A stretch of 64,000 nt of DNA, taken from NCBI GenBank assembly GCA_018363825.1, contig JAGZNE010000001.1, positions 6,620 to 70,619 on the forward strand, written 5' to 3'. Each line of letters starts with the position of its first letter. The first letter of the stretch is position 1. Position numbers and translations under genes: made by a program. The notes under the pieces are model-generated. The model ran no database searches. It was not told the DNA's origin and saw nothing but the letters and a program-made list of their open reading frames with translations. Of this stretch, positions 1-9,949 are shown one piece after another. The stretch is from Atopobium sp. GTDB lineage: Bacteria > Actinomycetota > Coriobacteriia > Coriobacteriales > Atopobiaceae.

Positions 1-1
1 C

Positions 2-1045
2 CTGGGCGAACGTCACAAGCGCGTTGATGAAGACCGCTATAACGCATTCATTGACAACTTTGTAACCACCGTCGAGAAGCTCTTCCCTAATCTCTATCTG
101 CACTTCGAGGATTTCGGTCGCGAGCATGCAGCAGCAATTCTGGACCGTTACAAGAACACTTACCCTGTCTTTAACGATGACGTCGAGGGCACTGGTATTG
201 TCACTCTTGCAGGCATCCTCGGCGGCCTCAATATTTCTGGCGAGAAACTCGTCGACCAGGTATATCTCTGCTTTGGCGCAGGAACTGCTGGTTGCGGCAT
301 CGCTGAGCGTGTGCTTCAGGAATTTGTGGACCAGGGAATGGACCGTGAAGAGGCTCGAAAGCGCTTCTACCTGGTAGATCGTCAGGGTCTGCTCTTCGAT
401 GATATGGACGATCTAACTCCACAGCAGAAGCCATTTGCTCGCAAACGCTCTGAATTTGAAAACGCTGGTGAGCTCACAAATCTTGCGGCTATTGTAAAAA
501 CGGTCCACCCAACAATCATGGTTGGTACCTCTACCGTTCATGGTGCCTTCACCGAGGAGATTATTCGTGAAATGGCAGCTCATTGCGAGCGTCCAATGAT
601 TTTCCCGCTTTCTAATCCAACTAAGCTTGCTGAGGCAACCGCCCAAGACCTGCTGACCTGGACCGATGGCCGTGCACTTGTTGCATGCGGAGTCCCATCA
701 GACGACGTCGAACTAAACGGTGTAACCTACCAAATTGGACAGGCTAACAACGCCTTAATTTACCCAGGTCTTGGACTTGGTACCCTTGCAGCAAAAGCTC
801 GCCTACTCACAGACCAAATGATTTCGCTTGCAGCTCACTCACTCGGTGGAATTGTTGATACCACAAAACCTGGTGCTGCAATTCTTCCTCCAGTCTCTAA
901 GATTACTGAGTTCTCCGAGCGTATTGCTGTTGGCGTTGCAGAAGAAGCAATTAGACAAGGTCTTAACCGCGAGCCAATCGCCAGTGCAAAAGAGGCAGTT
1001 GACGCCCTTAAATGGTTCCCTGTCTACAAAGAGTTAGAGGCATAG
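2..1045 (+). CDS. mleS: NAD-dependent malic enzyme family, probably malolactic enzyme; 5' end cut off by the window start
   Basis: Frame 2 is open from nt 2 and is continuous with ORF 311..1045. The translation has malic-enzyme NAD-domain motifs ([13 protein letters not shown]). It is directly followed by an AEC-family permease, as in mleS-mleP pairs. Confidence 0.75.
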   Translation: MGERHKRVDEDRYNAFIDNFVTTVEKLFPNLYLHFEDFGREHAAAILDRYKNTYPVFNDDVEGTGIVTLAGILGGLNISGEKLVDQVYLCFGAGTAGCGIAERVLQEFVDQGMDREEARKRFYLVDRQGLLFDDMDDLTPQQKPFARKRSEFENAGELTNLAAIVKTVHPTIMVGTSTVHGAFTEEIIREMAAHCERPMIFPLSNPTKLAEATAQDLLTWTDGRALVACGVPSDDVELNGVTYQIGQANNALIYPGLGLGTLAAKARLLTDQMISLAAHSLGGIVDTTKPGAAILPPVSKITEFSERIAVGVAEEAIRQGLNREPIASAKEAVDALKWFPVYKELEA

Positions 1046-1046
1046 T

Positions 1047-2021
1047 ATGTCTGTCTTTTTGACATCATTACAAAATGTACTTCCTATCATTTTGATTATT
1101 GTGCTCGGTTATGTGCTTCGTAAGATTAACTGGCTCAACGAGACATTCGCTGGTCAAGCATCAAAACTCATTATGAACGTAGCACTCCCCGCGTCCATTT
1201 TTGTAGCAGTGCTCAAGAACTTATCTCTCGATCAGCTGCTCCAGCTTGGTCCCTCGGTGCTTATTGCAGCGATTAGCTTTACTTTGTCATATGCTGCAGG
1301 ATTTTTGGTTATCAACGTTTTCCGCGTCCAACCAGGTCGCCGAGGCTTGATGCTCAATACCTTTGCAAATGCCAACACCATCTTCATTGGTATGCCGCTT
1401 AATCTTGCGCTCTTTGGCGAGCACGCCGTACCGTACTTCTTGGTGTACTACATCATGAACACTATTTCTACCTGGGCAATTGGAATCTTCTTCATTTACG
1501 GTGATCCAATTCCAACAGAAAATGATGGCGAGAAAAACAACGCAGCTGAGCACAAATTCAATATCAGCAAGTTATTACCACCACCATTGCTTGGTTTCTT
1601 GGTAGCCCTCGTTTTTCTCGTGTTCAACATCCCTGTTCCAGCAGTTGTAAACACTGGTCTTACGTATTTAGGCAACCTAGTAACGCCACTTTCGCTGATT
1701 TACATTGGCATTATTTTGCAGGAGACGGGACTCTCGAGCATTCGAATTGACCGTGACACGGCAATTGCGCTTATTGGTAAATTTGTTATTGCCCCGCTTA
1801 TTATGGTTGGCGTAATCATGGCGTTTACCGGCGTGTTTGGTACACAGAACGTACTTGAAACTAGAACGTTTATCATCCAGGCCGCAGTTCCAGCGCTAAC
1901 CGTTCTGCCAATTCTGGCAAACGAGGGTAAAGCTGACGTCAAATTTGCAACTAACGTTGTTGCGACTTCAACGGTGCTCTTTGCGATTGTCATTCCTATC
2001 GTAATGACCATCATTGGCTAA
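1047..2021 (+). CDS. mleP: AEC (auxin efflux carrier) family transporter, malate permease-like
   Basis: 324-aa polytopic membrane protein with an AEC-family N-terminus (LPIILIIVLGY...). Its start lies 2 nt after the malic-enzyme stop. Confidence 0.7.
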   Translation: MSVFLTSLQNVLPIILIIVLGYVLRKINWLNETFAGQASKLIMNVALPASIFVAVLKNLSLDQLLQLGPSVLIAAISFTLSYAAGFLVINVFRVQPGRRGLMLNTFANANTIFIGMPLNLALFGEHAVPYFLVYYIMNTISTWAIGIFFIYGDPIPTENDGEKNNAAEHKFNISKLLPPPLLGFLVALVFLVFNIPVPAVVNTGLTYLGNLVTPLSLIYIGIILQETGLSSIRIDRDTAIALIGKFVIAPLIMVGVIMAFTGVFGTQNVLETRTFIIQAAVPALTVLPILANEGKADVKFATNVVATSTVLFAIVIPIVMTIIG

Positions 2022-2055
2022 TTAACGTTACCAACCAGCACTTTTACGCACAACA

Positions 2056-2090
2056 AAGCCTCTTCTCAATGGCGAGAAGAGGCTTTTTTC
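2056..2090 (+). terminator. Rho-independent terminator after mleP
   Basis: Stem aagcctcttctc / gagaagaggctt, followed by TTTTTT. Confidence 0.6.
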
Positions 2091-2150
2091 TTGTAGGTTT
2101 TGCGGGGTTAGCGCGAGGACCTGCCTAGGTTTCACTGCCCTTGCAATACC

Positions 2151-3137
2151 CTAGTCCAGTAGCACGCCTTCAACTGCAGGGGCGGAGCCGTCGAGGACAT
2201 TGCACTTTTGGATCTGGTGGACAAACCAAGTGCGGAATGCCTTTTGGTCAACGCCAACGCATACAGTTGCATTGGGTTTCTCGCCAAGGTATCCGGCCAG
2301 GTCAACGACGGTGCAGCCAGTGGTTAAGCCTCCAGCGCACTCAACGTCCACAAACACGTCTTTGGTCTCAAACATTTGAGGTGCCAGTAGGTAGGCCACG
2401 GCCGTTGGGTCGTACATGCTGAAACCCTCCTCCTGGTAGTGAACGCGGTAGTTGAGCAGCAGCTTGACCAGCATGTCGCCGCTCTTGCCGGAGTTCTGGA
2501 TGTTATCGATGTCCTCGGGCATGACACGAGCAGCGTCGCCCACCTCAAGGCCAACCATGGCCACGTGAACGCCGGATGCGAAGACAATTTTTGCTGCCTC
2601 GGGGTCAACACCCACGTTAAACTCGGACATGACGCCAAGGTTTCCACGGGTCAGAGCGCCGCCCATCATAACAATGCGCTCGATATGCTCTTTGACCTGT
2701 GGATATGCTTTCAGCAGCAGTGCGATGTTAGTCAGAGGACCAAGCGTCACCAGCGTGGTTTTCTCGCCAGACGAAGCACCCTCCATAATGACGCGACGCT
2801 GTGCTTCAAGTGCAGTTTCTTCGAGCAGACAGTCCGGCTGAATGCCATCAAATTCGTAGCCCCTCATGCCCGAAGCGCCGTGGACGTCGCTTGCGTCCAT
2901 CGGTTTTCTGAGCAGTGGCTCGGCAGCACCACGCGCAACAGGCACATGCTGATTCCAGAATTTGAGCAGTTTAAGAGCGTTATTGGTGACGTTCTCGATG
3001 CCAACATTTCCGCTGACGGTAGTAATAAGCTTGATATCCAGCGCCTTTGCGGCCAGGGCAAATCCCAGCGCAATGGCGTCGTCAATGCCGGGATCCGTGT
3101 CAATGATGACGCGCGTCTTAGTTGAAAGCGTTGTCAT
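2151..3137 (-). CDS. Inosine-uridine preferring nucleoside hydrolase family protein
   Basis: N-terminal DTDPGIDDA motif of the IU-nucleoside hydrolase fold; 328 aa. Confidence 0.85.
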   Translation of the reverse strand: MTTLSTKTRVIIDTDPGIDDAIALGFALAAKALDIKLITTVSGNVGIENVTNNALKLLKFWNQHVPVARGAAEPLLRKPMDASDVHGASGMRGYEFDGIQPDCLLEETALEAQRRVIMEGASSGEKTTLVTLGPLTNIALLLKAYPQVKEHIERIVMMGGALTRGNLGVMSEFNVGVDPEAAKIVFASGVHVAMVGLEVGDAARVMPEDIDNIQNSGKSGDMLVKLLLNYRVHYQEEGFSMYDPTAVAYLLAPQMFETKDVFVDVECAGGLTTGCTVVDLAGYLGEKPNATVCVGVDQKAFRTWFVHQIQKCNVLDGSAPAVEGVLLD

Positions 3138-3271
3138 AAGTCTCCTTTGTGCGATTGAACTGCGTGTACGTTACGTTTGAGCTGCGTATAGACTGCGTTT
3201 GGACTTGGTTGGAGCCATTTGAACTGCGTGTAAGCTGCAAATTATGGAGCAATAATCACTGCAATTTTAAC

Positions 3272-4192
3272 CTAAAACTCAACTACCTGCTGATACGTTG
3301 GAATTGATTGCTGGGCGCCAACCTTAGTGGTGGCAAGCGCCGCGGCCTTTGCAGCCACATCAAGCGCCTGCTTGATATCGTGCCCCTCTAGCTGGCCCGA
3401 TGCCTGGAACGCAGCAAGCGTACCCATAAACGTGTCGCCCGCACAGGTAGTGTCCACGGTGTCCACGCGGTAACATTCCTGCTGGTACACGCCGTGTGAG
3501 TCGGCAGCTATGGAACCCTTGGAACCCAGCGTCAACACCGCAGTTGCCACGCCACTTGCAAGCACCTTCTGCACTGCAGCCTCGGGATCTGCCAGTGGGC
3601 TGATCTTGCCCTCGCCAAACAAGTCTGCAAACTCAATCTCGTTCAGGCAAAGCACGTCCACGCTGGCGAGAAGACCGGTGGTCATGGTAGCTGATGGCGA
3701 TGGGTTCACCATCGTATAGAGCCCCAGCTCATGCGCGTACCTGATAAGCTCAAACGTAGTCGACAACTCGCACTCAAACTGCGTCAAGAACACGTCACCT
3801 GGCTCCGCAATGCGATCGAGCACTGCTTTTACGTCGTCAACTGTACGTACGTGATTAGCGCCATGGTCCAAAATGATGCGATTATCGCCGCCAACGCGCA
3901 CGATTACGGCAACACCAGTGGAGACTCCAGACAGCTCGTCTACCTGCTCCGCATTGACTCCGTAACCAATAAGTGACTGCTTGAGGTCCTGTCCAAAAGA
4001 GTCAGCGCCAACAGCACCAATCATGTGGACATCTGCACCCATTCGAGCTGCAGCAACTGCTTGGTTGGCACCCTTTCCACCTGGACTGGTGACAAGATTT
4101 TTGCCGCCGATGGTCTCACCCTGCTGAGGCATCTTATCAGCCTCGATGGAGATATCCATGTTCAGGCTTCCAAATACAATCACTTTGCCCAT
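3272..4192 (-). CDS. rbsK: Ribokinase
   Basis: PfkB/ribokinase signatures (GGKGANQA, C-terminal DTTCAGD); 306 aa. Sits upstream of the nucleoside hydrolase, giving a ribonucleoside salvage pair. Confidence 0.85.
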   Translation of the reverse strand: MGKVIVFGSLNMDISIEADKMPQQGETIGGKNLVTSPGGKGANQAVAAARMGADVHMIGAVGADSFGQDLKQSLIGYGVNAEQVDELSGVSTGVAVIVRVGGDNRIILDHGANHVRTVDDVKAVLDRIAEPGDVFLTQFECELSTTFELIRYAHELGLYTMVNPSPSATMTTGLLASVDVLCLNEIEFADLFGEGKISPLADPEAAVQKVLASGVATAVLTLGSKGSIAADSHGVYQQECYRVDTVDTTCAGDTFMGTLAAFQASGQLEGHDIKQALDVAAKAAALATTKVGAQQSIPTYQQVVEF

Positions 4193-4714
4193 GTGAGGCT
4201 CCTTCTTTGCAGGTGCGCGGTGTGTGACGTTTCAGTTTGGCTTTTCGGTGCGGCACTAGACGTTGCTGCTCGACGTTCTTCTCGCCAGTGCAACTGAAAA
4301 ATGTCCTGTTTATAGGGTATATAGTAATAACTTGACCAATCGCGTCAACCCAACTACTCTTAGAGTGCTTGAGTGGACGGACGTTCAATTTTTCAGTTGG
4401 CGCCGCTCTTGCAAAACACCTATTTCAAGGAGGTGCTTTATATGCCTGGTCGAAGTAGCAGCTTACGTCTGACAGCAGATGCTGACCCTGTTCATTTATG
4501 TGTGACGGATATAAAGAAACCTCTTATTCAAAAGTTTTAATTTTTACTGCACCGCGAGCCTATAGGGATATAAATTTGCAGGTTTATAGAGCAATCCTGT
4601 AGATATATGAATCTATGTGGCAGGTTTTAAGTCCCACACATAACAGAACGCTTTCAGTTTGCGTCATACACCAACCAGTTAGTCACTTATTTCCACTAAT
4701 TATCGGAGGTGCAC

Positions 4715-7648
4715 ATGGCAATCATGAAGCGCACAACCCAAACAAAGACAGCTCAAACAAAGACAACTCAGACTACCTCGGGAGAGCTTGGACAGTCCTT
4801 GACCTTTGCCGCAACTCACTCGGTAAAGAGCGTCTGTCGTAAGTTCCATACCACCCCGGACGGCCTTGCCATTGACATTGCGCAGGCAAAATACGACCTC
4901 AACGGTCCAAACGTTATCACCAGTGCCGCTGAGGAGCCCTTTATCATCCGTCTGCTCAAAAGCTTTGCAAGCCCCTTTACCTTCATATTGATTGCGCTCG
5001 CAGGCATTTCTTACGTCACTAACGTGGCCCTTGCCGCAGATGGCGAGAAGGACCCGTCAACCGTCGTCATCATCACGGCAATGGTACTTATCTCCGGCAT
5101 CATTGACTTTGTCCAGAGCTCCAAGGGAGCATCGGCAGCGGCCGCGCTCTCCAAGATGGTGACCTCAACCACAAGGGTCATCCGTCGTCCCATCGACTTT
5201 GATGACACGGATGCGGATCAGGTCGTCAACCAGGACGTTAACCAGGGATCGGATGACGACGCAAATGCCGACGTGGACTTCGACGATGAATACGCCGCAG
5301 ATGAAACCGCCGACGATGCAGAAGACGCCGCCGACGAGCCCGGAGCTCCCGAAGAACCCAAACTTGCTTCCGCGCTGGGAGAAGAAATCCCCTTTGAACA
5401 GGTAGTTATTGGCGACATCATCCGCTTAGCCTCGGGCGACATGATTCCCGCGGACTGCCGCGTTCTGGACGCCAAAGACCTCTTTGTCAACGAAACCGCG
5501 CTCACCGGAGAATCAGAGCCTGTCGAGAAAACCGCTGGTGTCGTCCACGCTCGCCGCCGCGCTGATGGCACGCGCTATCCCCTCTCGCTCTCTGAGTGCA
5601 CAAACCTGCTGTTCGCCGGCACTACGGTTCAGTCAGGAAGTGCAACGGTAGTGGTGGTTGCAACCGGCAACAAATCCTACGTGGGTACCATGTCTGAGCT
5701 GCTCCAGCAGCCTGCTGGCGAGACCAGCTTTGACGAGGGCCTCAAGTCCGTCTCCAAGGTGCTTGTCTCGTTCATGCTGATCATGTGCCCCATCGTGTTC
5801 TTTGCAAACGGATTCCTCAAAGGTGACTGGTTTGACGCGCTGCTCTTCAGCGTCTCTGTTGCCGTTGGCATTACCCCTCAGATGCTGCCTGTTATTGTGA
5901 CCACTTGCCTTTCTCGCGGTGGAACGCAAATGGCCAAGCAGGACGTTATTGTTAAGAATCCAGCCGCAATCCAAAACCTGGGTGCCATGGACATCCTGTG
6001 CACCGACAAAACCGGTACTATCACCGCTGACGAGGTTGTACTTGAGCGCCATCTCAACATTCTGGGCGAAGAGGATTCTCGTGTGCTCCGCCACGCGTAT
6101 CTGAACAGCTACTTCCAGACGGGCCTTCGCAACCTCATTGACAACGCAATCATCAAGACCTCAAATGACGAGCTGCCCACCAACCTACTGAGCATTGAGT
6201 ACGAGAAAATCGACGAGGTCCCGTTTGACTTTGAGCGTCGCCGCATGAGCGTTGTGGTGAGAAACACAAAAACTGACAAGACGCAGATGATTACCAAGGG
6301 CGCCGTCGAGGAAGTCCTCAACGCTTGCTCCTTTGTTGACCTAGACTCTGAGATTAAGCCACTGACTCCCGTCCAGCGCAAGAGCGTTATGGACCGCGTC
6401 TACCAGCTCAATCAGGAGGGCATGCGCGTGGTTGGCGTTGCTCAGAAGAGCGACCCTCGTGGCGTCGGCGAGTTTGGCGTAGACGATGAGCGCGACATGG
6501 TACTTATTGGCTACCTGGCCTTCCTGGATCCGCCGAAAGAGAGCGCTCGCGAGGCAATTGCCAAGCTCAACCAGAGAGGCGTGCAGGTCAAGGTACTTAC
6601 CGGCGATAACGAAGGCGTTGCCGCTGCCGTCTGCAAGAAGGTGGGCATCCACGTTGACGAGCTCCTGCTTGGTAGTGACGTAGAAAACCTCAACGATGAG
6701 CAGCTCAAAGAGCGTGTCGAGAAGACCCAGCTCTTTGCAAAGCTTTCCCCCATGCAAAAGGCTCGTGTTGTCTCTGCGCTCAGGTCCAACAACCATGTGG
6801 TCGGCTTCATGGGCGACGGCATTAACGACGCAGCCGCCATGCGCTCCTCCGATGTTGGAATCTCCGTCGATACTGCCGTTGACGTGGCAAAAGAGTCCGC
6901 AGACATCATCTTGCTACAGAAGGACCTGCTGGTACTTGAGCACGGTGTTGAAGAGGGTCGCAGAACCTACGGCAACACCATCAAATACATCAAAGCAACC
7001 GCAAGCTCTAATTTTGGTAACGTGCTATCCGTTTTGGTGGCCAGCTTCTTCCTGCCGTTCTTGCCTATGAGCGCGCTTCAGCTGCTTCTCTTGGGTCTTG
7101 CATATACCGTTACCTGCATTGCGATTCCTTGGGACAACGTTGACGATTCGTTCCTCTCAAGCCCTCGCTCTTGGGACGCTCATTCGATTACAAACTTTAT
7201 GCTTTGGATTGGACCAATCAGTTCAATCTTTGATGTGCTGACCTTTGCCCTCATGTTCTTTGTAGTCTCTCCCGCGCTTGCCGGAGGAACCTGGGCAGAA
7301 CTTGCTGCAACTGGAAACACCGCTGCTCAAGCACTCTTTATTCTATCTTTCCAAACAGGTTGGTTCATCGAATCCATGTGGACCCAGACCTTTGTTCTCC
7401 ACGCGCTCAGAACCAATAAGATTCCGTTTATTCAGAGCATGCCATCGGCATCGCTGCTTGCTCTAACCACCGCGGGAATCATTGTGGTCAGTGCTCTTCC
7501 GTATCTGTCGGTGTTCGCCCAACCCTTGAGTCTTGTTGCTCTACCTTTATCATTCTTTGGATGGCTAACTGCACTCATGAGCGGGTATATGGTTCTTATC
7601 ACCATAATTAAGAGCCTCTACGTCAAGCGATTTGGCTCGCTACTCTAA
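4715..7648 (+). CDS. mgtA: Mg2+-importing P-type ATPase (MgtA/MgtB family)
   Basis: P-type ATPase motifs (DKTGTIT phosphorylation site, GDGINDA hinge) and MgtA-like topology. The ORF caller starts it at GTG 4709, which overlaps the GGAGG at 4705-4709. ATG 4715 is the likelier start. Confidence 0.9.
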   Translation: MAIMKRTTQTKTAQTKTTQTTSGELGQSLTFAATHSVKSVCRKFHTTPDGLAIDIAQAKYDLNGPNVITSAAEEPFIIRLLKSFASPFTFILIALAGISYVTNVALAADGEKDPSTVVIITAMVLISGIIDFVQSSKGASAAAALSKMVTSTTRVIRRPIDFDDTDADQVVNQDVNQGSDDDANADVDFDDEYAADETADDAEDAADEPGAPEEPKLASALGEEIPFEQVVIGDIIRLASGDMIPADCRVLDAKDLFVNETALTGESEPVEKTAGVVHARRRADGTRYPLSLSECTNLLFAGTTVQSGSATVVVVATGNKSYVGTMSELLQQPAGETSFDEGLKSVSKVLVSFMLIMCPIVFFANGFLKGDWFDALLFSVSVAVGITPQMLPVIVTTCLSRGGTQMAKQDVIVKNPAAIQNLGAMDILCTDKTGTITADEVVLERHLNILGEEDSRVLRHAYLNSYFQTGLRNLIDNAIIKTSNDELPTNLLSIEYEKIDEVPFDFERRRMSVVVRNTKTDKTQMITKGAVEEVLNACSFVDLDSEIKPLTPVQRKSVMDRVYQLNQEGMRVVGVAQKSDPRGVGEFGVDDERDMVLIGYLAFLDPPKESAREAIAKLNQRGVQVKVLTGDNEGVAAAVCKKVGIHVDELLLGSDVENLNDEQLKERVEKTQLFAKLSPMQKARVVSALRSNNHVVGFMGDGINDAAAMRSSDVGISVDTAVDVAKESADIILLQKDLLVLEHGVEEGRRTYGNTIKYIKATASSNFGNVLSVLVASFFLPFLPMSALQLLLLGLAYTVTCIAIPWDNVDDSFLSSPRSWDAHSITNFMLWIGPISSIFDVLTFALMFFVVSPALAGGTWAELAATGNTAAQALFILSFQTGWFIESMWTQTFVLHALRTNKIPFIQSMPSASLLALTTAGIIVVSALPYLSVFAQPLSLVALPLSFFGWLTALMSGYMVLITIIKSLYVKRFGSLL

Positions 7649-7670
7649 CCTTGCTCTAGGAAGGACCACG

Positions 7671-8441
7671 ATGGACGTAAAAGAAGCTATGGACCAGCGC
7701 ATATCTCTGCGCGCGTACGACCAAAAGCCTATTGAGCAAGAGAAACTTTCTCAACTCCAGGAAGCCATTGACGTCGCAAATGCCCAGATGGCAGAGGCAG
7801 CGCCTGATCACGCCGCAATCCTTACCATCGAGGGCCCTCACCTTGAGGATGGCACTTCCGTTCACATGAAGAACAGGTCTATTGTCGGTCCCATTTACCA
7901 CTACGTAGCAGGTTATTGTGAAGACGCAATTGCCCGTGAACTCATCGGCTACTATGGCGAGAAGATCGTTCTTCTCGCCACCCAGCTGGGCATTGGTTCA
8001 TGCTGGATTGCCGAGACCATGGACTGGAAGACCCTGGCTCGCGACGAGTACAACGGCCTTAAGCTGGGCATTATTATTTCTATCGGATACGCTCCGGAGA
8101 AGATTCCGCTCAAGCAGGAGGGCATTCGTACCGCAATTCGTCTGCGCACCAAGAAGCCTGCGCAGATTATGACGGCAAACGGTACTCCAACTGAGCCGAA
8201 GCAGATGCCCGAGTGGTTCAACCGCGGCATTGATGCGGTTTTGGCATGTCCAACTGCTATCAACAAGCTTCCCGTTGTATTTGACCTGACAGATGGCGTA
8301 GTAAGCGCGTCCATGCCTAACCAGCGCCACCTTGTCCAAGACTACGACCTGGGCATCTCCAAGCTGCACTTTGAGCTTGCCGCCGACCTCAAGGGTACGT
8401 GGGAGCTTGGACAGCCTGGTCGCTTTATCGTTTCTGAGTAG
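7671..8441 (+). CDS. Nitroreductase family protein
   Basis: Nitroreductase-fold N-terminus (RISLRAYDQKPI); RBS aggaagga precedes ATG 7671. The longer ORF from 7632 would overlap the mgtA 3' end. Confidence 0.65.
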   Translation: MDVKEAMDQRISLRAYDQKPIEQEKLSQLQEAIDVANAQMAEAAPDHAAILTIEGPHLEDGTSVHMKNRSIVGPIYHYVAGYCEDAIARELIGYYGEKIVLLATQLGIGSCWIAETMDWKTLARDEYNGLKLGIIISIGYAPEKIPLKQEGIRTAIRLRTKKPAQIMTANGTPTEPKQMPEWFNRGIDAVLACPTAINKLPVVFDLTDGVVSASMPNQRHLVQDYDLGISKLHFELAADLKGTWELGQPGRFIVSE

Positions 8442-8596
8442 CCTTCCGCACATAGCGCCTCCCAGCTCACAAACGTCATGTTCCCGAGTGTCGCATTCCT
8501 GGACAACGATCCCGGTTCACCGCACCTCCCAGCTCACCGCCGTCCAACAGCGTACCTCCAGCTCACCAGAGCACCACCAACAAGAAAGGACCACGT

Positions 8597-9304
8597 ATGG
8601 CCTGTTCCGCACAACACGTTGCAAACAAAGTTCTCTCGTCCTACCAGTGGAGACTTGCAACTAAAAAGTACGACCCTACCAAGAACGTCTCTGACGAGGA
8701 CCTTGAGGTAATCCTTGAGGCTGGTCGTTTGGCACCAAGCTCTTACGGTCTAGAGCCTTGGCGCTTCCTGGTTGTTAATCTGCGAGAGGATCAGGCCTCT
8801 GAGCAGTCACTTCGCCTTAAAGAGAAACTTTACGAGCCATGCTATGGTGCTCGCGCATCCCTTAACGGCGCTCACTACCTGGTTATTCTTCTTGCTCGCA
8901 AGAACGTCAATGCAGAGTCTGCTTACGTCAAGCACATGATGCACGACATCAAGCAGCTTCCTGCAGACTTTGAACCAACCTATGCGGCTGCTTTCAAAAA
9001 CTTCCAGGAGAACATGTTTAACCTGGTAGGTAACGAACGCGCCACCTTTGACTGGGCTTGCAAGCAGACCTACATTGCGCTTTCGAACATGCTCACTATG
9101 GCCGCTATGATTGGTGTTGATAGCTGTCCAATCGAGGGCTTCAACCGCGAGGCTGTCGATAAGATTTTGGAAGAAGAGGGTCTTCTCGACGGCGGCCAGT
9201 ACAACGACTTTGGCGTTTCCTGCATGCTTAGCCTGGGCTATCGTGATATGGATCCTGTCCAGAAGCGTCGCCAGCCAGCCGAGGATGTTATCGTCAGGTT
9301 GTAA
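8597..9304 (+). CDS. Oxygen-insensitive NAD(P)H nitroreductase (NfsB/NfnB-like)
   Basis: 235 aa with nitroreductase family motifs (RLAPSSYGLEPWRF). Confidence 0.8.
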   Translation: MACSAQHVANKVLSSYQWRLATKKYDPTKNVSDEDLEVILEAGRLAPSSYGLEPWRFLVVNLREDQASEQSLRLKEKLYEPCYGARASLNGAHYLVILLARKNVNAESAYVKHMMHDIKQLPADFEPTYAAAFKNFQENMFNLVGNERATFDWACKQTYIALSNMLTMAAMIGVDSCPIEGFNREAVDKILEEEGLLDGGQYNDFGVSCMLSLGYRDMDPVQKRRQPAEDVIVRL

Positions 9305-9546
9305 AGGCTGTAAGTGTCATTACCTTTTAAGCTGCCTCCTATTTCCCGACACCGAGGAAATGGGAGGTAGTCTGTTTAGCAGGCAATTCTTTGTTGAGTG
9401 GGAAAGTCTTTGCTATTTAGGAAGCTTATTGTTCGTGCGAAACACGGTTGCACATAGTTTGGTCGCATGCCATTTTGGCGCCAACTGGCCTTTTTGGTGC
9501 GAAATGACTTTCTCTGATCCAAAAATGGCCCATTTCAGTGCGAAGT

Positions 9547-9724
9547 GGTAAAAAATGCGTTTAGTTGGGGTATACAGGATTGACAAACTTCTATGCAAGC
9601 GTTTTACCAGCTCTTTTAATTGGACGAATTTTTCATGTGCATTCACATTATTTCTGAACTGCTTAAACGTAAATGCCAAAATGATAAAATCAAAATTTAT
9701 TTCCAACTAAACGGGTTTTTTACC
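9547..9724. repeat. MITE-like repeat, family R1, copy 1 (24-bp terminal inverted repeats, ggtaaaaaatgcgtttagttgggg ... ccaactaaacgggttttttacc)
   Basis: The same terminal inverted repeat sequences recur at 46646-46793 and 50065-50212. The interior is AT-rich. Confidence 0.6.
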
Positions 9725-9949
9725 CAAAACAGTACCCTCTAAATGACATATCAATTTTTTGATTAGTTTTTGTGAATATTAGACAGTCTTTATGCACGCC
9801 GAGGTGTCCTCGAGTATCTGTGCGCCCTGTGCGCCTCGCACACCCTGTACACCTCCCCCCCGAGCTCCGGCGCGCCACACACGCCGCCGCGTAACCACGG
9901 CGCATATGGCGCGCTCGCACGAGCAGCTCAACCAGCAGAAAATACCTAA

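Noticed and set aside
4193-4714. M-box (ykoK) Mg riboswitch upstream of mgtA
   Set aside because: I could not identify the conserved M-box helices by inspection. This is left as a test (Rfam scan) under the leader finding.
9413-9706. 97-aa minus-strand ORF
   Set aside because: It lies inside the AT-rich R1 MITE-like copy and has no RBS. It is likely non-coding.
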